DNA of 64,000 nt from Octopus vulgaris. Lineage: Eukaryota. This document shows, in pieces, positions 38,888 through 51,194 of the stretch. Location of the stretch: NCBI GenBank assembly GCA_951406725.2, contig OX597815.1:179056001-179120000 (forward strand). Direction: 5' to 3'. Within the stretch, counting starts at the first letter, position 1, and each line of letters opens with the position of its first letter. Below the pieces are notes generated by a model that made no database searches, had not been told where the DNA came from, and worked only from the letters and a program-made list of their open reading frames with translations. The translations under genes and the position numbers were made by a program.

Positions 38888-39431
38888 CTTGAAGCCAAGG
38901 CATTATCATACTTTCTTTTCTGGCGTTTCACCTTCATATACTCAATAATATCGTCCAAATCCTGAATTTCCAGTTTCAGTTGTTGTTTTACTTTCAGGCA
39001 CTGACGTGAAACTTGGAGAAGTCGTTTCTCAGTCTCGATGCATTCTCCAAGACATCTTTCACGTTCTGCGTTCACGGCATTGGTGTGATCAATGGCCTGT
39101 ATCAAGTGATTATACGTGCATTTATTTATGATTTCCTCTCTTGTGCTTTCTATGATTTTATCTAAAAACATTCGGTCTTTTTCTACTTTCACTAAATAAT
39201 TCGGGAAAAGCAATTGTTCTTGGATGAGACGAGCAGATATTAGCTGAAAGTGATAGTCAAAAGATCGATCTTTGATACGGTTATGTAATCTTTTGCGAGC
39301 TCTTTGTAATGTCACACATTCTTTTAGAATGCATTGCATTCGAAATATTTGTTTCTTCTCTTCCTCTGTTTCCTTTTCAAGATTCTTTAGTTCAGCCTCA
39401 ATATCTTCCTTTTCAAGGGCTTCCGCCAAAC
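38888..39431 (-). CDS. IQCG: IQCG/DRC9-like, middle coding exon (coiled coil)
   Basis: Acceptor TTTCTAAG (phase 1), donor AG|GTAAGT (phase 2); 544 bp open frame including KVEKDRMFLDKIIESTREEI. Confidence 0.88.
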
Positions 39432-39540
39432 CTTAGAAATAATGTTATTTAAACAAGATTTAGTTACTGATAAAACGTTTCAGCTTCAACGACACCCAAC
39501 ATATGGAGTCGCATCAAATATAAGGTTACGTAAATAAAAG

Positions 39541-39618
<78 letters not shown>

Positions 39619-39796
39619 ATATCTAAGGCGCAGGCATCGGTGTATGGCAAGAAGCTTGCTTCCCAGCCATATGGTTTCAGGTTCAGTCCCACTGAGTGGC
39701 ACCTTGGGCAAGTGTCTTCTACTATAAATTCGGGCCGATCAAAGCCTTGTCAGAGATTTGGTAGACGGAAATTGAAAGAATCGAAAGAATTGCCAG

Positions 39797-39831
<35 letters not shown>

Positions 39832-40240
39832 TATGCGTGTCTGTGTTTGTGTTTGTCAACCGGTGTTGGTTTGTTTACATCTCTGCAAACAGTGGAGTGC
39901 GGCAAAAGTGACTGACAGTATAAGCATCAGGCTTAAAACATAAATCCTAGGGGGCGATTTGTTCGACTAAAACATGCAAGTCGGGACCCCAGCATGGCCA
40001 CAATCCAATCACTGGAACCAGTAAAAACTGAAAGGCGCCTTCTCATAGGGTCCCATCAGGTGATACTCAGAGTAGCAAGGGAGTGACTCGACCAAAAGGA
40101 AATATATATATATATGTGTGTGTGTGTGTTGTGTGTGTGTGTGTGTGTGTTGTGTGCGTGTGTGTCTATGTTTATCTCTGCGTGTATGTATGCACACATA
40201 CGCACGCACGTACGCACACACACACATATACACACATATA

Positions 40241-40636
40241 TCTTTATATATAAAAGTCAAGTTGTGTGTCTGTCTCCTACGATTTAGATTCCTAACTACT
40301 CCCACATTTTGCGGTGCAGTTTAACCAAAACCGGGTATCTTATAGTCGTGATTCATATCGAGCCCTTCTGTGTATTAGCGCGCGTCTACGATGAGTCTAC
40401 GATTTAAAAAAAAAATTATTATCATTTTTTCCATTTTAATGCATTTTTTTCGCTATTATATAAGTGAAGTAACTCTCTAAAAATGTCTACGATGAGTCAA
40501 CGATTAAAAAAAAAATTACCATAATTTTTTTCCATTTTCAATGCATTTTTTTGCTATTTTTTGGCTATAACTCTCTAAAAATGCTTATATAGTTATTTCC
40601 CTTACAAACCCGAGCAACGCCGGGCGATACTGCTAG
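40241..40636 (+). mobile_element. Non-autonomous Helitron
   Basis: A|TC start (TCTTTATATATAAAAG), subterminal hairpin CCCGAGCAACGCCGGG, CTAG|T end, no TSD. Confidence 0.8.
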
Positions 40637-41039
40637 TGTATAATAAAAACGTGTTTGCTAATTTGAGACAGCGGGGTGTGAGTTGAAAGAAATCCTAGCA
40701 ACATATACATCAGCCTTAAAGTGCTGTGGCGAGCTACAATGGTTTGCTTTATGTTCTGAAACCATCCGCATGCAGTGAGGAGGACTTGGTTGCAGCGATT
40801 TCGTATTTGCAGCTGTGCATGTTTTATATGCAAGCGTTTATGTAAATCAAAGTAACTTCAGAATGTTGTTGTTCGTTGAAATCAGCGGTAAAGGTTAAAA
40901 AAGAAGAAAAATAATTGAAGCAACCAACGGAGATTATTGTGACGAAAAGGAAAGGCTTTTGTACTTAGCTATCATCGAGGAAAGGAACATAAAAATGTAC
41001 AGCAAAGTAAAGAGATGGGGATAAAGAGAAAAGAAGAGA

Positions 41040-41095
41040 GAGAGAGAGAAAGTGTGAGAGAGAGCGTGTAAGATAGATCGAGATAACAAGATAGG

Positions 41096-41156
<61 letters not shown>

Positions 41157-41645
41157 TGTAAGATAGATAGAGATAACAAGATAGGGAGAGAGAGTGAGAG
41201 AGAGCGTGTAAGATATATAGAGATAACAAGATAGGGAGAGAGAGAGAGAGAGAGAGAGCGTGTAAGATAGATAGAGATAACAAGATAGGGAGAGAGAGAG
41301 AGAGAGAGAGAGCGTGTAAGATAGATAGCGATAACAAGATAGGAAGAGAGAGAGAGAGAGTATTTCTTTATTCACCATAAGGTTGAGAAAAAGAGGGGAC
41401 AAAACAAACGTTGGGGTCAGGGTATCGAATGAGACAAAACGTATGAATAAACAAACAATTAAAATATATACAATTAAATGAGAATGAGTGAATAACAAAA
41501 AATGAAGCGGAGGACGCGGTTGACCCCACAAACCACATACTCACACTGAAGACTTTGCTTTCTCCTTTTTTACATTCTCGATTAAGATAGGAAGAGAGAG
41601 AGAGAGAGAGAGAGAGCGTGTAAGATAGATAGAGATAACAAGGTA

Positions 41646-41695
<50 letters not shown>
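41040..41695. repeat. Compound minisatellite: GCGTGTAAGATAGATAGAGATAACAAGATAGG units (6) separated by variable (GA)n
   Basis: Units near 41063, 41154, 41203, 41257, 41312 and 41616. Confidence 0.9.
41361..41583 (-). mobile_element. LINE 3' end fragment with Tx1-like tail and TSD
   Basis: Minus tail TTTGTCCCCTCTTTTTCTCAACCTTATGGTGAATAAAGAAATA; AAGATAGGAAGAGAG... duplicated on both sides. Confidence 0.6.
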
Positions 41696-41698
<3 letters not shown>

Positions 41699-42427
41699 AA
41701 GAGACAGACTGAGAGCCGAAGAGGCAATCCTGGTCAATTCAAACTGGTATCGGTCTGACAGCTTAAGTGTGGAATAGTTTATTTCCGTCCGTTCCTTGAG
41801 TTGCATCGATGTTCATGACATCTTTAGTTACGAGGAAAAAGAAAACTAAGATGGCAAAAACCAAAATAACCCCTCCCACAAAATCAAACAAAACTAACCC
41901 TGTCTAAACACCCGCCCACCCTCGACGAGTGAACGAGTAAAATGGCGATGTAATTAAGCTGCGAAGGAAACACAGAAGTACACAGTAATGGTTGCAACAC
42001 CGGACGCTTGCGAAGTGTTTCAATAGGTTGCTGTGTACACTGCAATTTCAGAATCATGAGTGCAGCCGAGAGAGACACAAGGGATTGGCCAAACGAATTT
42101 TAGAGACATTATTTAACTGGATTACAATCATTGCTAAAAAATTATGAGTTTTAATTAAAGTTAACTATTAATTGTAGCTTCGTTGTTATGTTCACAAAAT
42201 GCATGGTCATTGATTGTTGACACTGGATTACAACAGATAACAAAAGCAAAAAAAAAAAAAAAAAAAAGAAAGGAAAACAAGCAAACCAAAGAAACAGCAA
42301 TTATATCAATATCGTATTGCTTTTAAATTTTGGCAGAAGGACAGTGATTTGAGGGGAAGGGCTAAGTCGATTGCGTCGATTCCAGTCGTACTTAGTTTGT
42401 CGACCCTGAAAGACAAAGGCGGCGGCG

Positions 42428-42529
42428 GCGGAGGTAAAGAATACGCACACCATCGGTTTTCGGCGTAATAAAAAGCTCTAACCTTAAAACTAACCCTAAA
42501 CCCTAGGTGTTCGTATTCTTTACCTTCGC
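42428..42529. mobile_element. About 100-bp MITE-like insert with 24-bp TIRs, inside a SINE B
   Basis: GCGGAGGTAAAGAATACGCACACC ... GGTGTTCGTATTCTTTACCTTCGC; interior CTAACCCTAAACCCTA. Confidence 0.7.
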
Positions 42530-42856
42530 TAAGGCGACATCGGTCGAATTTGAATTCAGAACGTAGCGGCAGACGAAATACCTATTTCTTTACTACCCAC
42601 AAGGGTCTAAACACAGAGAGGACAAACAAGGACAGACAAACGGATTAAGTCGATTATATCGACTCCAGTGCGTAACTGGTACTTATTTAATCGACCCCGA
42701 AAGGATGAAAGGCAAAGTTGGCCTCGGTGGAATTTGAACTCAGAACGTAGAGAGAGAGACGAAATACCGCTAAATATTCTGCCCGGCGTGCTAACCATTC
42801 TGCCAGCTCACCGTCTTTGATTGTCAATACAATATTGAAAGAACTTTTTATCATAC

Positions 42857-43016
42857 CTTCCTGAGCATATGGTATAATACCCAAAACAGCCAGTTTATCG
42901 AGGGCATCTTCAAGGACAGTACATATATGTTGGAATGTTATGTGTGCTCCAAATTTGAGTTTCTTTTCAGCCAGTGAAGCATCACCTGAATCTACATCTT
43001 TACCGCCTGGTTTCAT
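42857..43016 (-). CDS. IQCG: IQCG/DRC9-like, first coding exon
   Basis: ATG at 43016 with an upstream in-frame stop; HICTVLEDALDKLAVLGII motif; donor G|GTATGA, phase 1 matches exon 2. Confidence 0.82.
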
Positions 43017-43407
43017 GACTTCTTTTTGAATTCGGTAACGTTTAATGTGAAAGAAAGTGATTTTGCAAAAACCGGCGTTAGTGGAACGTGCAAGATCACA
43101 TGCGTTTGTTCGTCAAGTGCGAGAGTTCTTCAGTGAAAACGATCGAGATTTTCATGGTTTGAAGTTTTTCTTTTAACCCATACATGAGATGAGTTTTATA
43201 CCAGTATTAAGGCAAAAATAACTTCTGTGGATAGCATATTTGTAACCCTAATATCTAATGTTTCAACCCCATTTTTGAGGTATCTGTGTGTGTGGCTCTA
43301 TATATATATATATATATGTATATGTAGTTAATCCCAACATGAAAACACAACAACGAGAGGACGTGGAACAAGTATAGTATTATTGGACGCTTAGGAAAGA
43401 AGGAGGG

Positions 43408-43462
<55 letters not shown>

Positions 43463-44904
43463 CATACATATATTCTTTTATTTGTTTCAGTCATTTGACT
43501 GCGGTCATGCTGGGGAGCCACCACCTTTAGTCGAACAAATCCACCCCAGCACTTATTCTTTTGTAAGCATAGTACTTATTCTATCGGTCCCTTTTGCCGA
43601 ATCGCTAAGTTACGGGGACGTAAAGACACCAACATTGGTTGTTAAACGATGGTGGGGGACAAACACAGACTCATACACACACTAGGGATTATTGTATATC
43701 AGACAATATATTACTGGTATCACCACTATGCGATAACTTTAATACGATTCAAGTAAGATACTAAAGGATTAAACCAAATACGAGAAGGTATCATCTCACG
43801 ATCCTCCCACGGTTCTCCACGAAACTTTTCGATTAAAGTCTTTATATTATTCGCAAGAATTCGCGATAACGCATCTACTTTGTCATTTGCGGATGCTTTG
43901 TCTAATTTTTTCGATTAAATATCTTTCTCAATAACTGATTTAATTTTTCGTTTTTCGAATTTTTTTGTTACTTTCATTAAAATATTTTTCTTTCCCGATA
44001 ATGTTTTCCAGGTGTTATTTATTGAATAGAGTATAATTATTTATTTTTTTTATATATTAAATGAATTTTAAGCAAATATTTCTGTTTCATTCGGGAATTC
44101 TAAAATTCTATTTATTCCTTTTACACAATGATATGAAAAAACACAAAACCGGTCTTCACTATTTTTTTTACATTGAAATCATCTACTTGCTAATAGGAAA
44201 ATGAAAAACGAGATAACTCAAATCCTTTTATGACATATCTAAGTCTTCTACGTTCGCTGCAGACATCCACAGACTGTTGCATTTTGTCTTCTACCAACAA
44301 AGTGATGAAGGTTTTTCCATTCCTTCTTTGTGTTCGCTGAACTTGTTAAAAAAAATAAGTTAAAATTACTCCAAATCATTTTCTGTTTGTCTTTAAAAGC
44401 AGCGATGTAGAGTTCAGAATATCCATTGCTTTATAATCGATGAGATGGTTATAACTGGACTGACTTTTTCTCACGAGTCGATCTGATCATAGATGTCGTA
44501 TGATTTAATTAACAACGGTACCAGCGACACAGCATTCCATGTTATCAAGCTTAACTCTCTCTTGCCCACGCAAGCTGTAGGCAAAGAGGCGATGTCACGT
44601 GAATTTTAACTTAACCGCTCTAAACAACGCTTTCTAAGAGATGCACAAAGTCAGAAACATAGATTAATAGGGTCAGTTCATTAAATACTTGACTGTGACT
44701 GTATCTCCACACATAAACACTCACACGTACATATATATAGAACATAGTGTACGTACGCCGCTATATATATATATAAAAATACAAAACATCCAGAAGACGA
44801 TACAAAAAACACGGACGGGTCATTCGAAGCCTTTAATCTTCAGTCAAGAACCGGATCATCCTCGCAATTTCGGCTTCCGGATGTTTTGCGTTCTTGTCCC
44901 ATTT

Positions 44905-44955
<51 letters not shown>

Positions 44956-44958
<3 letters not shown>

Positions 44959-45030
44959 GGTGGGGGAGAGAGGACGGACGCTTTTGAAATGACTATTACT
45001 CAGCCCCAGGTGAGTAATAGTCATTTCAAA

Positions 45031-45064
<34 letters not shown>

Positions 45065-46076
45065 TTGTGTGTGATTCTGTGAGTGTATTTTTGTGTGTGT
45101 GTTTGTGTGTATGAGTGCTTGTGTGTGTATTTGTGTGTGTGTTTGAGTGTGTGTCTGTGCTTTTGTGTATGTGTTTGTGTGTGCGCGTGTGTGTCTGTGT
45201 GTTTGTGTGTGTCTGAACATATGTCCGGCAGGTATCATTCGGTCGGTGGTGTCAGCATATTGTTCTCTTTTCAGGTGGAGCCATGATGCAGTGGACGATA
45301 GAGCATCACGTGTTTACCTACGACAGTTACGTGAACAATAACGAGTCTGTCACAGCAGTTCAGCGTGAGTTTCGATGCTGCTACTTCAACATTCACCGAA
45401 ATCAGGCTGTTCCCACCCGTAACACAATCGTACGCTGAGTGAATGCACTTCGTACACGAGATACACTAATGAATAGGAGACTAGTGGGGTTGCCACGAAC
45501 GGTATGGACCACGGAAAATGTAGAACGCGTCAGACAAGCTTTGATACGGAGTCCGAATCGCTCTGCTCGGAGGCATTCCACTGAACTTGGCATCGGTAAT
45601 CAACCGATATGGCGTATTTTGCATGAAGACCTGCATTTCCACCCCGTACAAATTGGTCATTGGGCAACAGTTGAAACCATGGGACTCTGCACAGAGGGTT
45701 AACTTTGCATGTTAGATGGAAACAGTTTTCGAGGCAAATGACAACCTCGTTTTGTTAATGAGTGATGAAGTGCATTCTCATCTTAATAGCATGGAGAATC
45801 AACAGAACTGACGTTATCGGACTCTTGAAAACCCCAGAGAGCAGAGCAATGTCGGCCCAGTCGACAATACTGGAGAGAGTAGAGGCCAACTTCCAAGAAC
45901 GTCTTCAGAAGTGCATCAATGAAAACGGACACCACATGATGGATATTGTTTTCCACACTTGATTTTAACAAATGCTAATCCAATACAAACACACTGATGT
46001 CAATAAAATTTGTTTGCAGCTAAAATTAATGATTTTGTGAATTTTTAAAAACGTCCGTCTTCTCTGCCCTACTCTG
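44956..46076 (+). mobile_element. Tc1/mariner element with TIRs and a deleted, decayed DUF4817/Tc3-like transposase
   Basis: TIRs CAGGGTGGGGGAGAGAGGACGGACG / CGTCCGTCTTCTCTGCCCTACTCTG flanked by TA; ORF from 45283 ESVTAVQREFR...RSPNRSARRHSTELGI...HPYK...MSDEVH, joined directly to C-terminal NFQERLQKCINENGHH. Confidence 0.9.
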
Positions 46077-46081
46077 TATAT

Positions 46082-46159
<78 letters not shown>

Positions 46160-47158
46160 TCTTTGACTTGTTTCAGACATCTGACTGCGGCCATGCTGGA
46201 GCATCGCCTTAAAATGTTTTAGTCGAACAAATCGACCCCAAGACCTATTCTTTGTAAGCCAAGAACTTATTCTATCGGTCTCTTTTGCCGAACCGTTTAG
46301 TTACGGGACGTAAACACACCAACATCGGTTGTCAAGTGATAATGGGGGACAAACATAGACACAAAGACACACACACATAAATATACATACATACATATCT
46401 ATCTATCTGTCTGTCTGTCTGTCTGTCTATCTGTCTGTCTGTCTGTCTATATATCTATCTATACATACGTATGACGGGTTTCTTTCAGTTTCCGTTTACC
46501 AAATCCACTTACAAGTCTTTGGCCGATGTGAAGCTATAGTAGAAGACATTTATCTAAGGTGCCACGCAGTGGGACTGAACCCAGAGCCATGTGGTTGGGA
46601 AGCAAGCTTCTTACCACACAGCCACGCTGACATATATTCGGTAACAAGGCGTACGCACCTGTCAAGGTGTATCATAATTAATCTTTATGAAGAGTGCCCA
46701 AAGACAGTTCACATAAATTATGAACTGCTTGGGGCTAACAATAATCAGCAGTCAACTTCTGTTACACCTGCAGTGGTTATCTATAGTCAGTGCAAGGTGT
46801 TGATGTGGCTGCGTGTATTTTATTACAATAGTTCATATGGAGATGAAAGATTAAATTCAAGCTCTATATATTTACTACATAAAAATATATTTTATTTACT
46901 GGTCGATGATGACACATAAAATCAAAATGTAGTATCTAGTTGAATGAAGTAATCTATGCAAGAAAGTTCAGAGATAGGAAATGTTGAAATAACAACTAAG
47001 TGGTGGCTTTCAGTCATGTGGCGTAGAGAAATAGGCGGACATAGCAATAACGTGAACGGCTCTAAGTCTAATCGACTAAGAAGCGGAGAGCAGGGTTAGC
47101 AAGCTGTTTTTATTAATGGAACGCCAGACATTCTAGAAACTTCCAAGAGAAGAAACCC

Positions 47159-47213
<55 letters not shown>

Positions 47214-47216
<3 letters not shown>

Positions 47217-47514
47217 ACTTATAAACAAGGACAAAAGAAAAATTATTTCCATGCCAATATGCTGAGAACAGACTTTAAATCGTCAATTTCCACATTTCAT
47301 TATACACTCACTATAAATATTTATAATGAGTGTATAATGAAATGTGGAAATTGACGATTTAATGTCTGTTTTCAGCATATTGGCATGGAAATAATTATTC
47401 TTTTGTCCTTGTTTATAAGTTGTTTTATAATTTCAACCTTTAAAGGTATTCTAATATGCTGCCACTTTTGATGAAATTCTTTTCTGAAAAAAATTTCATC
47501 CTATATTATTATAG

Positions 47515-47515
<1 letters not shown>
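47214..47515. mobile_element. Near-perfect 210-bp palindrome plus 90-bp tail between (TA)n tracts
   Basis: ACAACTTATAAACAAGG...ACTATAAAT|ATTTATAATG...CCTTGTTTATAAGTTGT. Confidence 0.8.
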
Positions 47516-47545
<30 letters not shown>

Positions 47546-48342
47546 TCTAGAATGTATTATTATAGATTTATCTGTTTCTAGTTTCACCGTTCCTATAAAT
47601 TATTTCACGTTCTTTCGAAGTTTCTGATTTCTTATAGATATATATGTACGTATGTACACACGCGCGCGTGCGCGCACACATGTACGCGTTTAGATATTTG
47701 CGAATGTCTTCGAAACAAAATCACAATTAAGGAACAAAAATTAAAATAGTTGAGAAGGATTGGAACAAAAGAAATTATCAAAAATTTACATCAAACTCAA
47801 GCGATGCTGTTTATCAATTCGTAAAATATAAAGAAACTGATTTCAACAGCGATATGATAAAAAAGGAAAAGATTATCGATAGCGGAAAATCTTCCTTTTT
47901 CTTACCTACCTACCTATCTACATAGATCTATCTGGATACCTTATATACAGGTGCAGGCAAGATGTGAGCTGGTGGAATCGTTAGTGCGTCGGACAAAAAG
48001 CTTAGCGGCATTTCTTCCGACTCGTTACGCTCTGAGTTCAAACTACGTCGAGTCAACGTTGCTTTTCACCCCTTCTGGTCGAATAAAATAAGTACCAGTC
48101 ATATACTTGGGTCGATGTAATCGACTAGCTCCTCCCTTCAAAACTGCTGGCCCTCTGCCAAAATATGAAGGAATATATAGGTGCAAACTTGATTCTGTGG
48201 TTAAGAAGGTTGCTTTTCAACCATATCGTCCTGGGTTCAGTCCCATAGTATTGCACCATGGGTAATTGTCTTCTACTAATGCTACAAGATGACCAAAGCT
48301 TTGTGATTGGATTTGGTAGACGGAAACTATAAGAAGCCCGTC

Positions 48343-48383
<41 letters not shown>

Positions 48384-48498
48384 CGATATATGGGGGCTTA
48401 GTTCACAGATGATTTAAACGATTAGGTACGCTAGGTAAGTGCTGTAACAAATTACTGGGGCTCCAAGGTTTTATCTGAGACGGTAGTTATGGAACCAT

Positions 48499-48731
48499 AA
48501 GGCGGTGAGCTGGCAGAATCGTTAGCACGTTAGTCGAAATGCTTATTGGTATTTCGTCTGCCGCTACGTTCTGAGTTCAAATTCCGCCGAGGTCGACTTT
48601 GCCTTTCATCCTTTCGGGGTCGATAAATTAAGTACCAGTTACGCACCGGGGTCGATGTAATCGACTTAATACCTATGTCTGTCCTTGTTTGTCCCCTCTG
48701 TGTTTAGCCCCTTGTGGGTAATAAAGAAATA
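48499..48731 (+). mobile_element. Full SINE B with 17-bp TSD
   Basis: GGTAGTTATGGAACCAT at 48482-48498 and 48732-48748. Confidence 0.95.
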
Positions 48732-48892
48732 GGTAGTTATGGAACCATTGCAGACTTCTGATGAAACGGATATATAATTGTTAAACAGGACGTCAAACAT
48801 TAAGGCAAAGCAAACATCTCAAGTCATATACGATATTATCACAGGATATTACATACATACATATATATATATATATACATACATACAACGTA

Positions 48893-49434
48893 TAGGGTTT
48901 TAGTTCACAGGTGATCTAAACGATTAGGTACGCTAGGTAAGTGGTGCTGTAACGGATTACTGGGGCTCGTCATCAGAGACAAATAGGGGAAAAAATATGG
49001 AAAATGAGAATGGTATATATTAATGAGATGACGACAGAGAGGAAGGGAGTAAAAGAATAAGGAGATGGAAAGAGAGAAGAAAAAAGAAACCAGAGCATGT
49101 GTCCTTAGGTGCAATCCTGCGTAATCCATGAGCGTAAGTGGATCTACGCAGGATAGCACCTACGGACTTATGCTCTGGTTTCTATAGCTTCAGGAAGTTG
49201 AACTATGAGCTTTTATGCTTCTTTTTTCTTCTTCTCTCTTTCCATCTCCTTATTCTTTTACTCTCTTCCTCTATGTTGTCATCTTACTGATATATACCAT
49301 TCTCAGTTTTCATATTTTCCCTATTTGTCTCTGATGACAGAATATCCCATACTCAGGGATATCCCAGAAACAACTGTAAGACTGAATTTCTTCCTATAAT
49401 AATATTGTATATGCCTTGAGATGTTTGACTCGCC

Positions 49435-49438
<4 letters not shown>
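48893..49438. mobile_element. PLE-type palindromic cassette with HHR
   Basis: Inverted arms 48969-49086 / 49222-49338, inner hairpin 49085-49183, HHR 49327-49382; related fragments at 48392-48472 and 48800-48846. Confidence 0.7.
49327..49382 (+). ncRNA. Type I hammerhead ribozyme (base of stem II eroded)
   Basis: GUCU-CUGAUGA-CAGA-AUAUCCC(AUACUCA)GGGAUAU-CCCA-GAAAC-AACU-GUA-AGAC. Confidence 0.7.
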
Positions 49439-49487
<49 letters not shown>

Positions 49488-49490
<3 letters not shown>

Positions 49491-50699
49491 TAGGTGAATG
49501 AATTATCCTATGTTTATTGTCAGCATGGAAAATTCGTTTAACCGAAACCTGGGTAGCAAATTCACGTCAGAATCACGGTTGAAGCGACCTGTCAAGGGTA
49601 GAAACTCCGGGTTCATGTGTAGAAATTTGTGTGTTGTATATGAATAAATGAAAGAATGGAGTCGAACGATAATGTTAACAAAATTCCTTTACTCTCGACA
49701 CATGTTTCGAAGACAGCATGTTTTCATTCCAAAGGAATAAAGGGTGCATTATGCAATCTTCTCATCAGGAAAGAAAGGGAGCCTCTCTCGACAACAAGAC
49801 AAACAAAAATTTCGATGATTGCCTACATGGTAAACAAAGCGATAATGAGTGTTTTTTTTTAAAAAACCGTTAGAAGAATTGACGTCAAAAATAGATAGTA
49901 GGAAGAGAAGGGATAAAGTAATAATAGGTAGGGAACAGTATGTTTGCTGTATGCATGGAAATGTGTGGGTGTGTGCTTGTGTTAATGAGTGCGTGTGTTT
50001 GTGTGTGTGTATGTGTGTGTGTATAACTGCATTTGTGTCTCTGTGTGTGATTGTGTGTGTAAGAGAGAGACAGACGTCAAAGATAGATAGTAGGAAGAGA
50101 AGGTATAAAGAAATAATAGGTAGGGAACAAGTGGAGAGGGAAGGGTACGTTGATTGAAAGAATGTTCGAAGGCTTAGGAAAGAATTTCTCTATAGCAGTG
50201 GGGTGGACGTAAAGCTAATTGTTCAAACCAGAGTGACTATCATTATCATTTATATGAGTGGAAAGTGTGTTTCTGCCAGTGTTTACATTTGTATGATTTT
50301 TCTATGAGTGTGTTTACTAGGGGAACCTTAGAGAAAAGAATATGGAAGAGTTCAGAGTTACAAATGTTACAAAATTTCCTGCCCTTATCAAAAGGAAAGG
50401 ATACAGACAGTATGAACCAATCTAACTTGAAAATTATATTGTTGTCCTTAAGACGCCAAACTAATTTACTTAGCCCTGTACTATGTCGTTTTTTACTATC
50501 CCTGAATGTTGAGTAGTGGTTTGAAATTCTCTTGGATAACTGGGAAGTGGACGCTCCTATATAGAAGAAGACATCGGTACCTGATGAGAAGATTGCATAA
50601 TGCACCCTTTATTCCTTTGGAATGAAAACATGCTGTCTTCGAAACATGTGTCGAGAGTAAAGGAATTTTGTTAACATCTTCGTTCGACTCCATCCTTTC

Positions 50700-50704
<5 letters not shown>
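49488..50704 (-). mobile_element. 5'-truncated Penelope-like element: GIY-YIG endonuclease C-terminus, pLTR, inverted pLTR copy, in (TA)n
   Basis: ORF 50246-50575 YIGASTSQLSKRISNH...STGLSKLVWRLK...CNICNSE...CKH; 49647-49769 is inverted at 50580-50702. Confidence 0.88.
49686..49778 (-). ncRNA. Type I hammerhead ribozyme, intact core
   Basis: CCUUUCUUUC-CUGAUGA-GAAGA..GCAU...AUGC..UCUUC-GAAAC-AUGU-GUC-GAGAGUAAAGG; stems I, II and III all pair. Confidence 0.85.
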
Positions 50705-50774
<70 letters not shown>

Positions 50775-50781
50775 GATGTAT

Positions 50782-51091
50782 ATCACCGTGATCATCGTGA
50801 CCTACCAGGCTATCAGATGTTGCTACACATCGCTGATCACAATGCGCTTCGCATTGTTTTAGCCTTCAAATGACGCCACCCCGCTGGCTAAGCGAGCAGG
50901 CCAACAGAAGAAAGAGTGAGAGAAAGTTGCGGCGAAAGAGTACAGCAGGGTTCGCCACCCCCCCCCTGCCGGAGCCTCGTGGAGCTTTAGGTATTTTCGC
51001 TCAATAAACACTCACAACGCCCGGTCTGGAAATCGAAACCGCGATCCTACAACCGCGAGTCAGCTGCCCTAACCACTGGGCCATTGCGCCT

Positions 51092-51094
<3 letters not shown>
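50782..51094 (-). mobile_element. SINE family C (tail type 4)
   Basis: Family C head; distinct 3' part ending GATCACGGTGATATA. Confidence 0.8.
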
Positions 51095-51163
<69 letters not shown>

Positions 51164-51194
51164 GTGTATGTGTGTGTGTGTGTGTGTGTGTTTT

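Noticed and set aside
41040-41695. Possible CRISPR-like repeat-spacer array
   Set aside because: Spacers are just (GA)n of variable length.
42687-42856. 3' extension of ORF 42687-43016
   Set aside because: Reads through the GTATGA donor into a SINE B; it is intronic.
44775-44905. Possible HHR in a short inverted-repeat insert between (TA)n
   Set aside because: Only a GCCGAAATTGCGAG half-motif is visible, with no properly placed CUGANGA and stems; probably a pLTR scrap but unsupported.
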